DNA from: Deltaproteobacteria bacterium
GTDB taxonomy: Bacteria; Desulfobacterota; Desulfarculia; JACQYL01
Assembly (NCBI GenBank): GCA_016208165.1
Contig: JACQYL010000007.1
Location: 41,831 to 105,830 of the forward strand
Direction of reading: 5' to 3'
DNA: 64,000 bases
Positions within the stretch are counted from its first letter, which is position 1. Each line of letters opens with the position of its first letter. A program made the translations under genes and the position numbers. The notes under the pieces were generated by a model. The model did no database searches. It saw only the letters and a list, made by a program, of their open reading frames with translations, and was not told the DNA's origin. Positions 37,542-47,621 of this stretch are shown here, one piece after another.

Positions 37542-39323
37542 TCAACCCTCGAGCCGTTCGCTCAGCAGCGCGCGCTGGTAGATACTCGGGTATACGTTGC
37601 CCGCCCGGATAAGCTCCTCGTGGGTCCCCTGCTCGACCACGCGACCTTCATCCAGAACCAATATGCGTTCCGCCTTTCGGATGGTCGAAACCCGGTGCGA
37701 GATCCAGATATTGGTTTTTCCCCGACGAAGGGGCGCCATCTGATCCAGTATTCGACGCTCGGTGGCCGTATCCACCATGGAGAGGGCGTTATCGAGAATC
37801 AGTATTGGCGGATTGTCTATAAGAGCCCTGGCCAGAGCCAATCTCTGGCGTTGTCGTCCGGACAGGGTTAGGCCCTTCTCGCCAGTCATGGTCTCCAAGC
37901 CGCGTTGGAATTGTTTGACGTCATTCGATAGGTCGGCGGTGTTCAAACACGTTTGAATCCATTCGTCGTCATATCCCGTTCTGCCGAACAGCAGGTTGGC
38001 GGAAACCGTGTCCGAAAAAAGAAAGGGATCCTGGGGTGCTACGGCCACTGAAGATCTCAAAGCTGAAAGAGGCCATTCGTGGATCGGGATGTTTTCCAGG
38101 AAGATCGAATTCCGGGACGGCTCCAAGAGCCGGGTCAGGAGGTGAACCAGGGTTGTTTTTCCCGATCCGGTGCGCCCTACGAGCACCACCGTGCTACCGG
38201 CTTCGATCTTGAACGAAAGATCCCTCAGTATGTACCGATCCTCGTCCGGATATCGAAAACTCAATCCCCGCACTTCTACTTCACCCGCAATGGGGGTTGG
38301 CGGCGCGCCGGGTCCCTTATCCTCGATCTCCGGGCGCTCTTCCAGAAGCCGGTTGATGCGGCCCATGGATACGGAACCTCGCTGAATCAGGTTCGTGACC
38401 CACCCCAGGGCCATCATGGGCCAGGTTAACAGGTTCAGATAGCTGATGAATGCAACGAAATCCCCGATGCTGATCCCTTTCAGAATGGTCATCCGACCCC
38501 CAAGCCATAAAACCACGGTGAGGCTCAGATTGGTAAACAGCATCATCATGGGAAAAAACATGGCCATGGTTCGCCCAAGCTGGATATTTTCGGAAATGTA
38601 CCTGTCGCCCATGTCTCTCAAGCGCTGCTCTTCCCATTCTTCCAGCCGGTAGGCCTGGACGACCCGTATGCCCGTGATGGACTCGCGGCTTCTCTCTGTC
38701 AGGTCGGCGAAGGTCTCCTGCACTTTCTGAAATAGGGCGTGCATGCGCATCGTGAGAAAGCGGCTTGCAAAGATGATGGCGGGCATGGGAATCAGGGCGA
38801 TCAGCGTGAGTTTCACGTTGATGTAGAGCATGAACGCTATGGCTGACAGGCCCATTATGATCCCGTCGTTGACCGCCACCAATCCCATTCCAACGGCGAA
38901 CCGGACGGCCTCCATGTCATTGGTCGACCGGGCCATAAGATCGCCGGTTCGTGTCCGTGAGAAAAAATTCAAGGACAGTTTTTGAAGATGCTCGAACAGC
39001 CGATACCGGAGATCTCGTTCCACCACCCGCGAATGACCGAAAATCAGGTGTCTCCAGATATACCGCAAAACGCCCACCACCAGGGCTATGGCCACGATTG
39101 CCAGTCCATATTCCAGCAGGCTCTTTGTGGAAGCGGTTTGCAGCGTCAGTTCATCGATCGCTGTTTTGATAATACGGGGAATAAAGAGCTGCAAAAGATC
39201 CACCGTCAGAAGGCATGTGAGACCGACGGCTATCTTTGCTTTGTGGCGGACGAAGTAAGGCTTGAGTGAATACAGGTTTCGTATCGTTGAATGCGCAAAC
39301 CTGATTGGCTTCTTGCTATTCAT
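37542..39323 (-). CDS. ABC exporter, fused permease/ATPase (partner half-transporter)
   Basis: Walker A GRTGSGKTT, signature LSGRQRQ, Walker B ILILDNAL. Its stop lies 4 nt upstream of the start of the partner ABC gene (35441-37537). Confidence 0.85.
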   Translation of the reverse strand: MNSKKPIRFAHSTIRNLYSLKPYFVRHKAKIAVGLTCLLTVDLLQLFIPRIIKTAIDELTLQTASTKSLLEYGLAIVAIALVVGVLRYIWRHLIFGHSRVVERDLRYRLFEHLQKLSLNFFSRTRTGDLMARSTNDMEAVRFAVGMGLVAVNDGIIMGLSAIAFMLYINVKLTLIALIPMPAIIFASRFLTMRMHALFQKVQETFADLTERSRESITGIRVVQAYRLEEWEEQRLRDMGDRYISENIQLGRTMAMFFPMMMLFTNLSLTVVLWLGGRMTILKGISIGDFVAFISYLNLLTWPMMALGWVTNLIQRGSVSMGRINRLLEERPEIEDKGPGAPPTPIAGEVEVRGLSFRYPDEDRYILRDLSFKIEAGSTVVLVGRTGSGKTTLVHLLTRLLEPSRNSIFLENIPIHEWPLSALRSSVAVAPQDPFLFSDTVSANLLFGRTGYDDEWIQTCLNTADLSNDVKQFQRGLETMTGEKGLTLSGRQRQRLALARALIDNPPILILDNALSMVDTATERRILDQMAPLRRGKTNIWISHRVSTIRKAERILVLDEGRVVEQGTHEELIRAGNVYPSIYQRALLSERLEG

Positions 39324-39498
39324 GAAAAGGCGCTTGGCGTCGGTTTCTTTTTTGGAATCGCGGCCAGTGGAAATGGTTGACCGGTGGATCGTCAGGATCG
39401 GGTCGCTTGAAACGTACTCGGTTAATATAGTACCGCGTTAAAGGGTGTCAACCGAACGTCGCGGAATATCGCCGGGTTCATATCGTTACTTTTTTCAC

Positions 39499-39528
39499 TT
39501 GACAACGCAAACAGCCTTCCGATATATT
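39499..39528 (+). promoter_or_regulatory. candidate sigma-70 promoter for fhs
   Basis: TTGACA (39499-504), 18 nt, TATATT (39523-28). This would give a leader of about 185 nt. Confidence 0.5.
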
Positions 39529-39717
39529 CGTCCAAATTTGAAAAAGCAATGGTGTTTCTCGTGAAACGCCCCGATTTTTCTATAAAAATACCCCCAGAAT
39601 CCAGTTCGGAAGGCCACCCGGTCCAATGTGATCAGCGATGTAAACGAGTGACCTTTTTGGGCAACCGGCCGACCTGAAACCACCATTAGCATAATCGAAA
39701 CGTAAGGAGGAGTACCT

Positions 39718-41481
39718 ATGGCGTTGGATCCAACCAAACACGCGGACTGGGAGATCGCTGAAGAAGCAGAATCACGAATGAAGACCGTCTATCAGCTGGC
39801 CGAAGAACTCGGACTGGACAAGGAAGAGTTGCTTCCCCACGGTCACTACGTGGCCAAAGTGGATTTCAGGAAAGTCCTGGAACGTTTTAAGGATCGACCG
39901 GACGGCAAATACATCGACGTAACGGCCATCACCCCTACACCCCTCGGAGAAGGCAAATCTACATCGAGTATGGGGTTGGTCGAGGGTCTCGGCAAGCGAG
40001 GCGTAAGCGTCACCGCAGCCATCCGGCAGCCGTCGGGCGGCCCCACCATGAACATTAAGGGAAGCGCCGCGGGCGGCGGTCTGGCCCAATGCATTCCGTT
40101 GACCCCGTTTTCCCTGGGTCTCACCGGCGACATCAACGCCATCATGAACGCGCACAACCTGGCCATGGTCGCCCTCACCTCCCGAATTCAGCACGAGTTC
40201 AATTACAATGACGAGCAGTGGGCCAAGAGAAATCAACCGCGCCTCAACATAGACCCGAACAACGTGGAAATGGGCTGGATTATCGACTTCTGCGCCCAAG
40301 CCCTTCGAAACATCATTATCGGCATCGGCGGCAAGATGGACGGGTTCATGATGAACTCGAAATTCGGTATCGCCGTCTCTTCCGAAGTCATGGCGATCCT
40401 GGCCGTGGCAAAGGACCTCAAAGACATGCGCGAGCGCATGGGCAAGATCGTGGTGGCTTACAGCAGGGACGGCAAGCCCGTCACCACCAAAGACCTCGAG
40501 GTGGACGGCGCCATGACGGCCTGGATGCTGGAAGCGCTGAACCCGAACCTGCTGCAGAGCATCGAAGGTCAGCCCGTATTCGTGCATGCCGGTCCCTTCG
40601 CCAACATCGCCATCGGCCAGAGTTCCATCATCGCGGACCGCGTGGCTCTCAAGCTCGCCGACTATCATGTAACCGAATCCGGATTTGGCGCTGACATCGG
40701 ATTCGAGAAATTCTGGAACCTCAAATGCCGTTTCAGCGGCCTCACTCCCCACTGCGCGGTGGTCGTGGCCACCATCCGGGCCCTCAAGTGCCACGGCGGC
40801 GCTCCCATCCCGGTACCCGGACGTCCCATGCCGGAAGAATACAAGAAGGAAAACGTGGGATGGGTGGAAAAGGGATGCGAGAACCTGGTCCATCATATCC
40901 GCAACGTTAAGCTGGCCGGCATCAATCCCGTGGTGTGCATCAATGCGTTCTTCACGGACACGGACGCTGAAATCAAGGCGGTCCGGCGCATCGCCGAAGC
41001 CGCGGGCGCCCGTGTCGCACTCAGCCGACACTGGGAAAAAGGCGGCGACGGTGCGCTCGAGTTCGCCGACGCGGTTCTGGATGCCTGCAAGGAAAAGAAC
41101 GACTTCAAGTTGCTCTATGAATTGGATGTGCCGTTGCGCAAGCGCATTGAACTGATCGCCACCAAGGTGTACGGAGCGGACGGTGTCGATTATTCCGCCC
41201 CGGCTTTGGCCACGGCGCAACGAATAGAGAAGGATCCTGCATTGTCCAAATTGGGTACCTGCATGGTGAAGACACACCTCTCCCTGACGGACAATCCCAC
41301 CATGAAGGGCGTGCCCAAAGGCTGGAGACTGTTCGTTCGAGACATCCTTACCTACGGCGGCGCGGGTTTTGTGGTGCCTGTGGCGGGAACCATCAGCCTG
41401 ATGCCCGGAACGAGCTCGGATCCTGCCTACCGACGAGTCGACGTGGATGTCGAGGCCGGCAAGGTGAAGGGCCTCTTCTAA
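39718..41481 (+). CDS. fhs: formate--tetrahydrofolate ligase
   Basis: [17 protein letters not shown]-loop; 587 aa. AGGAGG lies upstream. Confidence 0.9.
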   Translation: MALDPTKHADWEIAEEAESRMKTVYQLAEELGLDKEELLPHGHYVAKVDFRKVLERFKDRPDGKYIDVTAITPTPLGEGKSTSSMGLVEGLGKRGVSVTAAIRQPSGGPTMNIKGSAAGGGLAQCIPLTPFSLGLTGDINAIMNAHNLAMVALTSRIQHEFNYNDEQWAKRNQPRLNIDPNNVEMGWIIDFCAQALRNIIIGIGGKMDGFMMNSKFGIAVSSEVMAILAVAKDLKDMRERMGKIVVAYSRDGKPVTTKDLEVDGAMTAWMLEALNPNLLQSIEGQPVFVHAGPFANIAIGQSSIIADRVALKLADYHVTESGFGADIGFEKFWNLKCRFSGLTPHCAVVVATIRALKCHGGAPIPVPGRPMPEEYKKENVGWVEKGCENLVHHIRNVKLAGINPVVCINAFFTDTDAEIKAVRRIAEAAGARVALSRHWEKGGDGALEFADAVLDACKEKNDFKLLYELDVPLRKRIELIATKVYGADGVDYSAPALATAQRIEKDPALSKLGTCMVKTHLSLTDNPTMKGVPKGWRLFVRDILTYGGAGFVVPVAGTISLMPGTSSDPAYRRVDVDVEAGKVKGLF

Positions 41482-41482
41482 C

Positions 41483-41514
41483 CCGATAAAGGGCTCTAAG
41501 CGCCCTTTTATCGG
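41483..41514 (+). terminator. palindromic hairpin immediately after the fhs stop
   Basis: CCGATAAAGGGC / GCCCTTTTATCGG arms with a 7-nt loop and no distinct T tail. Confidence 0.4.
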
Positions 41515-41538
41515 CGATATTGAATTCGCGGACGATGA

Positions 41539-41577
41539 AAGCAGGGGAATCTGTATGGTTTCCCCTGCTTTTTTTCC
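41539..41577 (+). terminator. Rho-independent terminator
   Basis: AAGCAGGGGA / TCCCCTGCTT stem, 12-nt loop, followed by a T7 run. Confidence 0.8.
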
Positions 41578-41937
41578 TTCGTGTCGATCTTTTTCAGCGG
41601 CGCCATTTGGAGACCACCGGGGTTTTCCGGAGCGGCATATACGTTTTTTCCTAAGCACGGCGGTTCGATACGGATCTTGTCGATTATCGCCGACAAATAA
41701 GGCCCTGTATCCAGGATCTCCGTCATTTCACTCCATTTATCGAGGTAACCCTCTTTTTCCCTCTTTTCTTTGGTACAAGCGGTAGACATGGTTTCGTAAT
41801 ATTGCTATGATATTTTTGCGTTTGTGATGTTTCGGAGCGTTTGACAACAGACCTACGGCTCTGTAGGTCCTGAACGAGAGGATCGGGGTTCTTCAAGAGA
41901 GCTTCGGTTCCTTTTAGAAGCGGGGAGGATACTGTCA

Positions 41938-42513
41938 GTGGACGTCAGCAAGATTCCTGGGATGTTCAATCCAATTGGAAATGTTCAAGTGGCGGTCTCT
42001 AGCCCGGAACAGACCAAGTCTTCCATTTTCGACGTTACGGACGTTGTATCTCTTTCCGGCAATAACAAGGGAAAGCCGCGGCAGGAACTCATAGAAGAGA
42101 CTCTGCTCGTCTCTCTCATGGACCGGATGCAAAAATTGGAGGGGGTAGTCGAGCGTCTGGAAAAGATGGAAGTGACGCCTCATACCGTGGCGCCCTCCCC
42201 CATGTCGCAGATTAGTGTGGACGACACGGCCAGAAGTTCAGATGGCCCGGCTGCTTCCAGCCGTTTTACTCCCGTTACTATGATCGAAACCCCCGAAAGT
42301 TCGCCCGCCAAGTCGCCACAAGCGCAAGCGGATATCATCCCCTCCAAGTACTTCGGCGCAGCCTCTTTTATAGATCCGGGTATAGGCAGGAACCTGGATG
42401 TGGTTGTCGGGGAAGCGCCTTTAGGGGGCCCTGGGGCTGCAGCGAGCGCTGCCGGAGTGGGCGCGGTGGCGGGAATCGCTTCGGGACCGGGGCTCGGCGC
42501 CATCAAGGCATGA
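41938..42513 (+). CDS. hypothetical protein (low-complexity Ala/Gly/Pro/Ser-rich C-terminus)
   Basis: GTG start with GGAGG about 10 nt upstream. 191 aa. No domain recognised. Confidence 0.45.
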   Translation: MDVSKIPGMFNPIGNVQVAVSSPEQTKSSIFDVTDVVSLSGNNKGKPRQELIEETLLVSLMDRMQKLEGVVERLEKMEVTPHTVAPSPMSQISVDDTARSSDGPAASSRFTPVTMIETPESSPAKSPQAQADIIPSKYFGAASFIDPGIGRNLDVVVGEAPLGGPGAAASAAGVGAVAGIASGPGLGAIKA

Positions 42514-42767
42514 TGTTCTCCGCTCACTTCGATGGATCGCCGCTCTCCCCTGTTAGCTCTTCATGAACTCCCCTGTATCTTCTCATGACAGGTAACCGTT
42601 CCGGCGCCAACTTCACCAAAATCGGACCGAATGCCTCCGAGCGCGTTTTTTTGCTCATGTTTTCGCGAATTGATCCGATATAACATGTCGATGGCGAATT
42701 CAACGAGAACGATCGGGCGTGCCTCCTATCGCTGGAGGCATGATCCGACTCCACTTCGAGGAAAGGC

Positions 42768-43271
42768 ATGAATCCGGTTGATCTGCTTCAAATTCCGTCT
42801 CTGCTGACGCAAACCCCTCAAACACAATCCAAACAGCAGGTTCCGGAAGGGCCTCTGCCGGGTGTCGAGTATACGGAGGCGCAGAAGAAAAAGCTGCGGG
42901 AGGCGGAAGACATTGTGAGCATTTCCAATGTGGCCTTGGACATCAGCCGAGGGCTGAACTACGCGGCGAGGGATGAAGGCAACAAAACGTTCGGCTTCTC
43001 GGTGGATCCGGAAAAGCAGGCGGCGTTCATGTCGGTGGAGAACGGCGGACTCTGGACGGCTTTCAATTCTCTCTCCCTACTGAACACGCAGATGGAGGAG
43101 ACGATGGATCCTGGGTTCGTATCCACTTCCTATTTCGTGTCGGACGCCGGATCGGACGATCCCAACTTCGAGGCCCACCGCGGCCCTTTTCCTGTCAAGA
43201 ACGGCCCTTTGTCGCGCTTGCACGCCGGTTACCAGCTCAATACCAAAGGACTCGGGAAAACCTACCTTTAA
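42768..43271 (+). CDS. hypothetical protein
   Basis: ATG with GAGGAAAGG upstream. 167 aa. No domain recognised. Confidence 0.5.
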   Translation: MNPVDLLQIPSLLTQTPQTQSKQQVPEGPLPGVEYTEAQKKKLREAEDIVSISNVALDISRGLNYAARDEGNKTFGFSVDPEKQAAFMSVENGGLWTAFNSLSLLNTQMEETMDPGFVSTSYFVSDAGSDDPNFEAHRGPFPVKNGPLSRLHAGYQLNTKGLGKTYL

Positions 43272-43485
43272 GAACTTCAATCGCGATCCCGATCCTCGGA
43301 CTTTCGTTATCCGAAAGCCTCCCGGCCCTGTTCCGCCTCTGCGAAGAGGAGGAAAGTCCGCCTGAGACATCCTTGCGGAGCCGGTCGATAACCCCTTTTA
43401 CCTCCACCTCTTCTTGATTCCTGAACTTGAATGGTTAATGATCCTTCAGTAAACACCCATCTCTAGGAAGGAAGAGGCCTTTTGG

Positions 43486-43965
43486 ATGAATGAGAACCGT
43501 ATAGGCAATGGTAAGTGGGTCCGTCTCCGATATGCACAAAAACTTATACTTCGAGATGGCCATGAAGTATGCGGGCAATCCCGGACTGTTTCGTTTGTAT
43601 TCGGTATCGAAAGGCAGATGGCGTCCATCGAGAAAGCGCTTGACGGTCGAAGGGCCGGCGATCGACTGACGGTGGACATTCCGGCGGAGGAACTGTTTGG
43701 AGCGCACGACCCCGATCTCGAACGCGTAATCCCCAGAGGAGGATTGAAAAAAGCGCGATTGAAAGAAGGCTCGGTCTATCGTGAAATCAAACAAGGCGCC
43801 GTGGTGAGCTTTGTCGTGAAAAATCTGTATGAAAACAGTGTCTTGGCTGATTTCAACCATCCCTATGCCGGCGCCGGGGCACGGGGTGAGATCGATATCC
43901 TGGAGGTCCGCGATGCGGACAAAAATGACATCCGCGAGGCTCATGATCGAATGGGCTGCGGATGA
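43486..43965 (+). CDS. FKBP-type peptidyl-prolyl cis-trans isomerase, SlyD-like
   Basis: VRLRY...IEKALDGRRAGD...NHPYAGAGARGEIDILEVRDA matches the SlyD FKBP + IF-insert pattern. Confidence 0.7.
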   Translation: MNENRIGNGKWVRLRYAQKLILRDGHEVCGQSRTVSFVFGIERQMASIEKALDGRRAGDRLTVDIPAEELFGAHDPDLERVIPRGGLKKARLKEGSVYREIKQGAVVSFVVKNLYENSVLADFNHPYAGAGARGEIDILEVRDADKNDIREAHDRMGCG

Positions 43966-44091
43966 CGGTTCAAAAGGGAGACTCGGATTGGTTCGAAGTC
44001 GGACCGAATCTTCGACAGTCGTTTCAGGGTCCCCCGTTGTGACGAGCGAATGTGAGCGAGGAATCAACGTGTGGCGCAGGGGTTCGGGATT

Positions 44092-44723
44092 ATGAGTTTT
44101 TCAGACGCGGCGTCGGTGGCCGTTGTGGTCGACGGTCACGCACATCTGGACGCCGTATCCGACGTCGAGAATTCCTTGAAGGAAGCTTACGAAAAGGGTG
44201 TTGTCGCCGTTGTGGGAGTGGGCATGGACCTATCCAGCAACAGGACCATCCTGGAGCTGGCGAACCGTTTTCCACGTCGGGTGTATCCGGCTGTGGGCCT
44301 GCATCCCTGGAAAGTGAATGCGCGGGGCCTGGATGAAGAGCTGGAATTCGTGTGTCAACATTTGCCGGAGGCCATAGCCTTGGGCGAAGTCGGGCTCGAC
44401 TACAAAATGAAGGACACCAAGGCTCTCCAGATAGAGGCATTCCAAATACTCTTAAGAGAAGCGGCCCGATTGGATAAACCGGCTATCACTCACTCACGTT
44501 TTTCCCACGCCAGGACACTTCAATTACTCTCGGAATCAAATGTCCGCAGGGCCGTGTTCCATTGGTATTCAGGTCCCGACGACGTATTGGACATACGCTG
44601 AATCTTGTTGCAGACTTGAAGGATAAAGACCCGATTACCGTTGCGCGTGCGACTACGCGAAATGCCGCCTATTTTTTTGGGGTGGATTTCATCGCGGAAT
44701 CGGCTGACGGCTCCATGGGCTGA
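44092..44723 (+). pseudogene. decayed TatD-family hydrolase gene (internal deletion plus frame change)
   Basis: The N-terminal 169 aa are TatD-like (VDGHAHLD, GEVGLDY, ITHSR, FHWYSG) and then hit TGA at 44599. The typical TatD C-terminus (NLVADLKDKDPITVARATTRNAAYFFGV) continues from 44601 in another frame. About 60 aa, including the ETDxP region, have no counterpart. Confidence 0.6.
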
Positions 44724-45116
44724 AGAGGCCTGTGGACAGGCGCGATGCTTCGAAACAAAAGGTAGGGATCTCATCCGGCCTTGGCCGCTCAGTACCTATG
44801 ACATTGATATTACTTATTATTGTTAGTAAGATGGCCATCTCCTTTTCCCGCGATCCGAACCTCCGATCATGCTCCTATTCCTTGAATACAGACTTCCTCA
44901 TCAAATAGTAAGGTGTCCACCCGATATACGGGGGAAGACAAAAAAGCAATATTACGGGCCGGCATCTATTCAGAGATTTGTGTGAGCAAAGAGGAGCAGG
45001 CGTGTCTTTTTGTCTGTCCGGCGTACTTGAGATGGAAAAGGTTTGACGACCATTTCATTGTATGAGAATATACTCTGGGGTGGTTTCCCCATGATAAAAC
45101 CAGGGAGGAGAGGGGG

Positions 45117-45356
45117 GTGACGCGTATCCGAGCAACGGCCAGAAGCATCAAAAGAAATCCCTGCCCCGTCGCAAGACGTGGGAGGCGAAATCTGTATTGC
45201 ATCGCCTACGATAACTGTCTCGATCGCGCCATACGGAACAAGTGGCTGACGTTTTCTTGCGATCGAAGATGTCCTTTCATTGCCACGTATGATGCACCGG
45301 ACATCGTCACCAACGGAGAAGATCACTGGGAACTCTACGATTTCTATCTATGGTAG
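45117..45356 (+). CDS. possible Cys-rich small protein (79 aa)
   Basis: GTG start 8 nt after GGAGG (45104-08). Five Cys (CP...YC.....C..............C...C) and an aromatic/acidic C-terminus HWELYDFYLW. An antisense 118-aa ORF lacks an SD. Confidence 0.4.
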   Translation: MTRIRATARSIKRNPCPVARRGRRNLYCIAYDNCLDRAIRNKWLTFSCDRRCPFIATYDAPDIVTNGEDHWELYDFYLW

Positions 45357-45468
45357 AGAATTAGGGGACTCTAGTGAGGGGAGGCGCAAGGGACGGTGAT
45401 CCTCGACGGGGCAAAACATGCGATGGATCGAACCCTTCGCTAGTTCCCATGTACCTTCATAACGATTT

Positions 45469-46818
45469 CTATGTTCGTTGCATAAGTCCCTTGACGGGGG
45501 TCCGGCGCCCTCCCACCCTTCCCGCCCGGCACAACCGTCTCAATTCCCGTATTTTTCCCTCTGAAAACCCCACTGAAGCACAAGGCATCAGCGAGTTGTT
45601 ATGATACAAAGGTTCGCTCTCGATGTCGTAACGGGCCGATCGCTTTGCCTCCTCCCACATCTTGGTCCCGGGAATGGGTGAATACTCGGCCAGACAAGGC
45701 GTTCCCGCCGCGTTTCCGACCTCCCGGATTCCTGCTTCCACCTCACTAGGCGTCTGACCTGGAAGACCCATCATCAAGTACACGCCCAGTTCTTGAGCCG
45801 TAAACCCTGCCGATGTCAGGTTATCGAGCGCGTTAAAGAGATGTCGGCGGGCCGCTTTCCCCCCTGTTCGAGTCTGCCATTCCGGATCCGGTGACTCGTA
45901 CCCCAGCCGGACGGTCACAAATCCGGCTTGTTTCATCATCCGGGCCAGCTCCGAACTGATGTACTTCAGGTGCAGTCCGTTGGGGGTATGCAGCCGCAGT
46001 TTCAGGTTAGCATCGAGTATCCTCCGCAGAAGTGGAACAATGCAATCCCGGGCGTTCAATAACAACGCGTCATCGTAAAAAGCCACATCGCGCACTCCGA
46101 ATCGTTTCACTCCATGAAGGATCTCCCGAAAAACGGTTTCGGGATTTCGCTGTCTGAAATGGGGATACAGCTGATTGGATGCGCAATAATGACAGCCTAA
46201 GGGGCATCCTCGTGAGGTCAGAACGCACAAGTAGTTCAGGCTTGCCAACAGATCGAAGGCCGGATAGTGCTCCTCTTCGGCATTATTTCCTTCGGATACG
46301 GAAGGCTCACCGGGTCCCGGGATCACCTCATCGGCCTCCGAATATTTCCTCGCATGTTCCGTGCATAAGGTGGCATATATGCCCCCCAATAGGATCGGGG
46401 TTTTGGGGAATACATTCCTTATGGTACGGATAGCCTCAAACACGCCGGGATACCAGTAGGTCATAAGCGATGTCACTATAACGACATCCGGCGATTTCGA
46501 TCGCAAACCCAGAAGATCCTGACGTAGAATTTCAGCGGACAAGCCATACCTGAAGTACGGCCTCGGCGTATGCTTCAGAGGCTCCGGCTTGGAGACAGCC
46601 TGCCGATAGTACTTGCCTGTGCCGAATTGACGGCGAACAGGAGTTCGAGCCCTCAGAGCGGGGTGAAAGCTCGCCATTCCGTCCCAGACGTCAACCCGGA
46701 ATCCCCATTTTCGCGCCCGCCCTGCAAGATGCAGCAGGCCCAAAGGCTTGGCCCACAGGTCATATGCGGCAAAATCGTATATCCATGGATTGACAAAAAG
46801 GAGAAAGGGTTTCGACAT
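45469..46818 (-). CDS. B12-binding-domain radical SAM protein
   Basis: Radical SAM motif TSRGCPLGCHYC. The N-terminal ~170 aa are Rossmann-like (LLFVNPW...VVIVTSLMTYWY...ILLGGIYAT). ATG 46818; the ORF is open to 46854. Confidence 0.75.
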   Translation of the reverse strand: MSKPFLLFVNPWIYDFAAYDLWAKPLGLLHLAGRARKWGFRVDVWDGMASFHPALRARTPVRRQFGTGKYYRQAVSKPEPLKHTPRPYFRYGLSAEILRQDLLGLRSKSPDVVIVTSLMTYWYPGVFEAIRTIRNVFPKTPILLGGIYATLCTEHARKYSEADEVIPGPGEPSVSEGNNAEEEHYPAFDLLASLNYLCVLTSRGCPLGCHYCASNQLYPHFRQRNPETVFREILHGVKRFGVRDVAFYDDALLLNARDCIVPLLRRILDANLKLRLHTPNGLHLKYISSELARMMKQAGFVTVRLGYESPDPEWQTRTGGKAARRHLFNALDNLTSAGFTAQELGVYLMMGLPGQTPSEVEAGIREVGNAAGTPCLAEYSPIPGTKMWEEAKRSARYDIESEPLYHNNSLMPCASVGFSEGKIRELRRLCRAGRVGGRRTPVKGLMQRT

Positions 46819-47149
46819 AAACTGCAATCTAAAGCCAAATCGGTCCGGACTCAACTATTTTTGACGAAGCAACGGCGTTCCCATGGATGCGGAGAATCAG
46901 GGACCAAGGGCCGATGGGAGAAAAAGGACTTGTGCGGCGATCCGTGAATCCGGTATGACTGGCGTAACTGTTAAAAGGTCTTTTCTGAGGATGTCCGGTT
47001 CTCGCAAGACCTGGGAATGAACATAATTGATTCGGTAATGCAGCTTCAAGCCTTCGACAATCAGGACCCATGGACACGATCACAGTGATTTTCAAAACAT
47101 TCCACTGAATCGTAGCGGTCTGAAGGCTGCAACACTATGAGGAAACCAC

Positions 47150-47599
47150 GTGCGAGCCGTTGTACAGCGAGTTAAACGAGCCAGAGTCGAAGTAGATCAT
47201 GCTATTGTCGGTAACATCGACGCCGGTGTTCTGGTATTTCTGGGCGTAGGTCGCGAGGACACCGAAAAGGACGCCGATTATCTGGCGGAAAAGATCGCAA
47301 ACCTGCGGATCTTCGGGGATGAAGAAGGCAAGATGAGCAAATCGATTCTTGACCTCGGACTCGGCGCTCTCGTGGTGCCCCAATTCACGATATGGGGAGA
47401 TTGCCGCAAGGGACGTCGTCCGTCATTCTCGCACGCTGCGCCGCCGGAGCAGGCCGAGCAGATGTACGAGTATTTCGTCCGAAGGATGAACGACACGAAG
47501 GTTCACACCGAAAAGGGTCGATTCCAGGCCATGATGGATGTCCACCTGATCAACGACGGTCCTGTAACCCTCTTACTGGACAGCAGCAAACTGTTCTGA
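47150..47599 (+). CDS. dtd: D-aminoacyl-tRNA deacylase
   Basis: MRAVVQRV...VLVFLGV...SQFTL-like PQFTIWGD...NDGPVT. GTG start with GAGGA upstream. Confidence 0.85.
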   Translation: MRAVVQRVKRARVEVDHAIVGNIDAGVLVFLGVGREDTEKDADYLAEKIANLRIFGDEEGKMSKSILDLGLGALVVPQFTIWGDCRKGRRPSFSHAAPPEQAEQMYEYFVRRMNDTKVHTEKGRFQAMMDVHLINDGPVTLLLDSSKLF

Positions 47600-47621
47600 G
47601 CCTTTTGCGCCGGCCGCGCTT

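Noticed and set aside
39535-39717. Possible ZTP (pfl) or THF riboswitch in the ~185-nt fhs leader
   Set aside because: I could not find the conserved ZTP elements (GGGUCGUG... / CCGCCUGGGC) or a THF-like core by eye. It would still be worth a formal cmscan.
41508-41789. 93-aa minus-strand ORF downstream of fhs
   Set aside because: It has no SD, and its 3' third is simply the reverse complement of the strong plus-strand terminator hairpin and T tract (41539-41577).
43349-43360. GAGGAAAGTCCG, identical to the start of the conserved RNase P RNA CR-I box
   Set aside because: The following GGGCUCC... and the other conserved RNase P regions are absent. The intergenic space (214 nt) is also too short for an RNase P RNA. 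This is a chance match.
44970-45326. 118-aa minus-strand ORF overlapping the Cys-rich small ORF
   Set aside because: It has a GTG start with no SD and runs across the plus-strand SD and hairpin. The plus-strand ORF has the better translation signals. Neither can be confirmed without comparative data.
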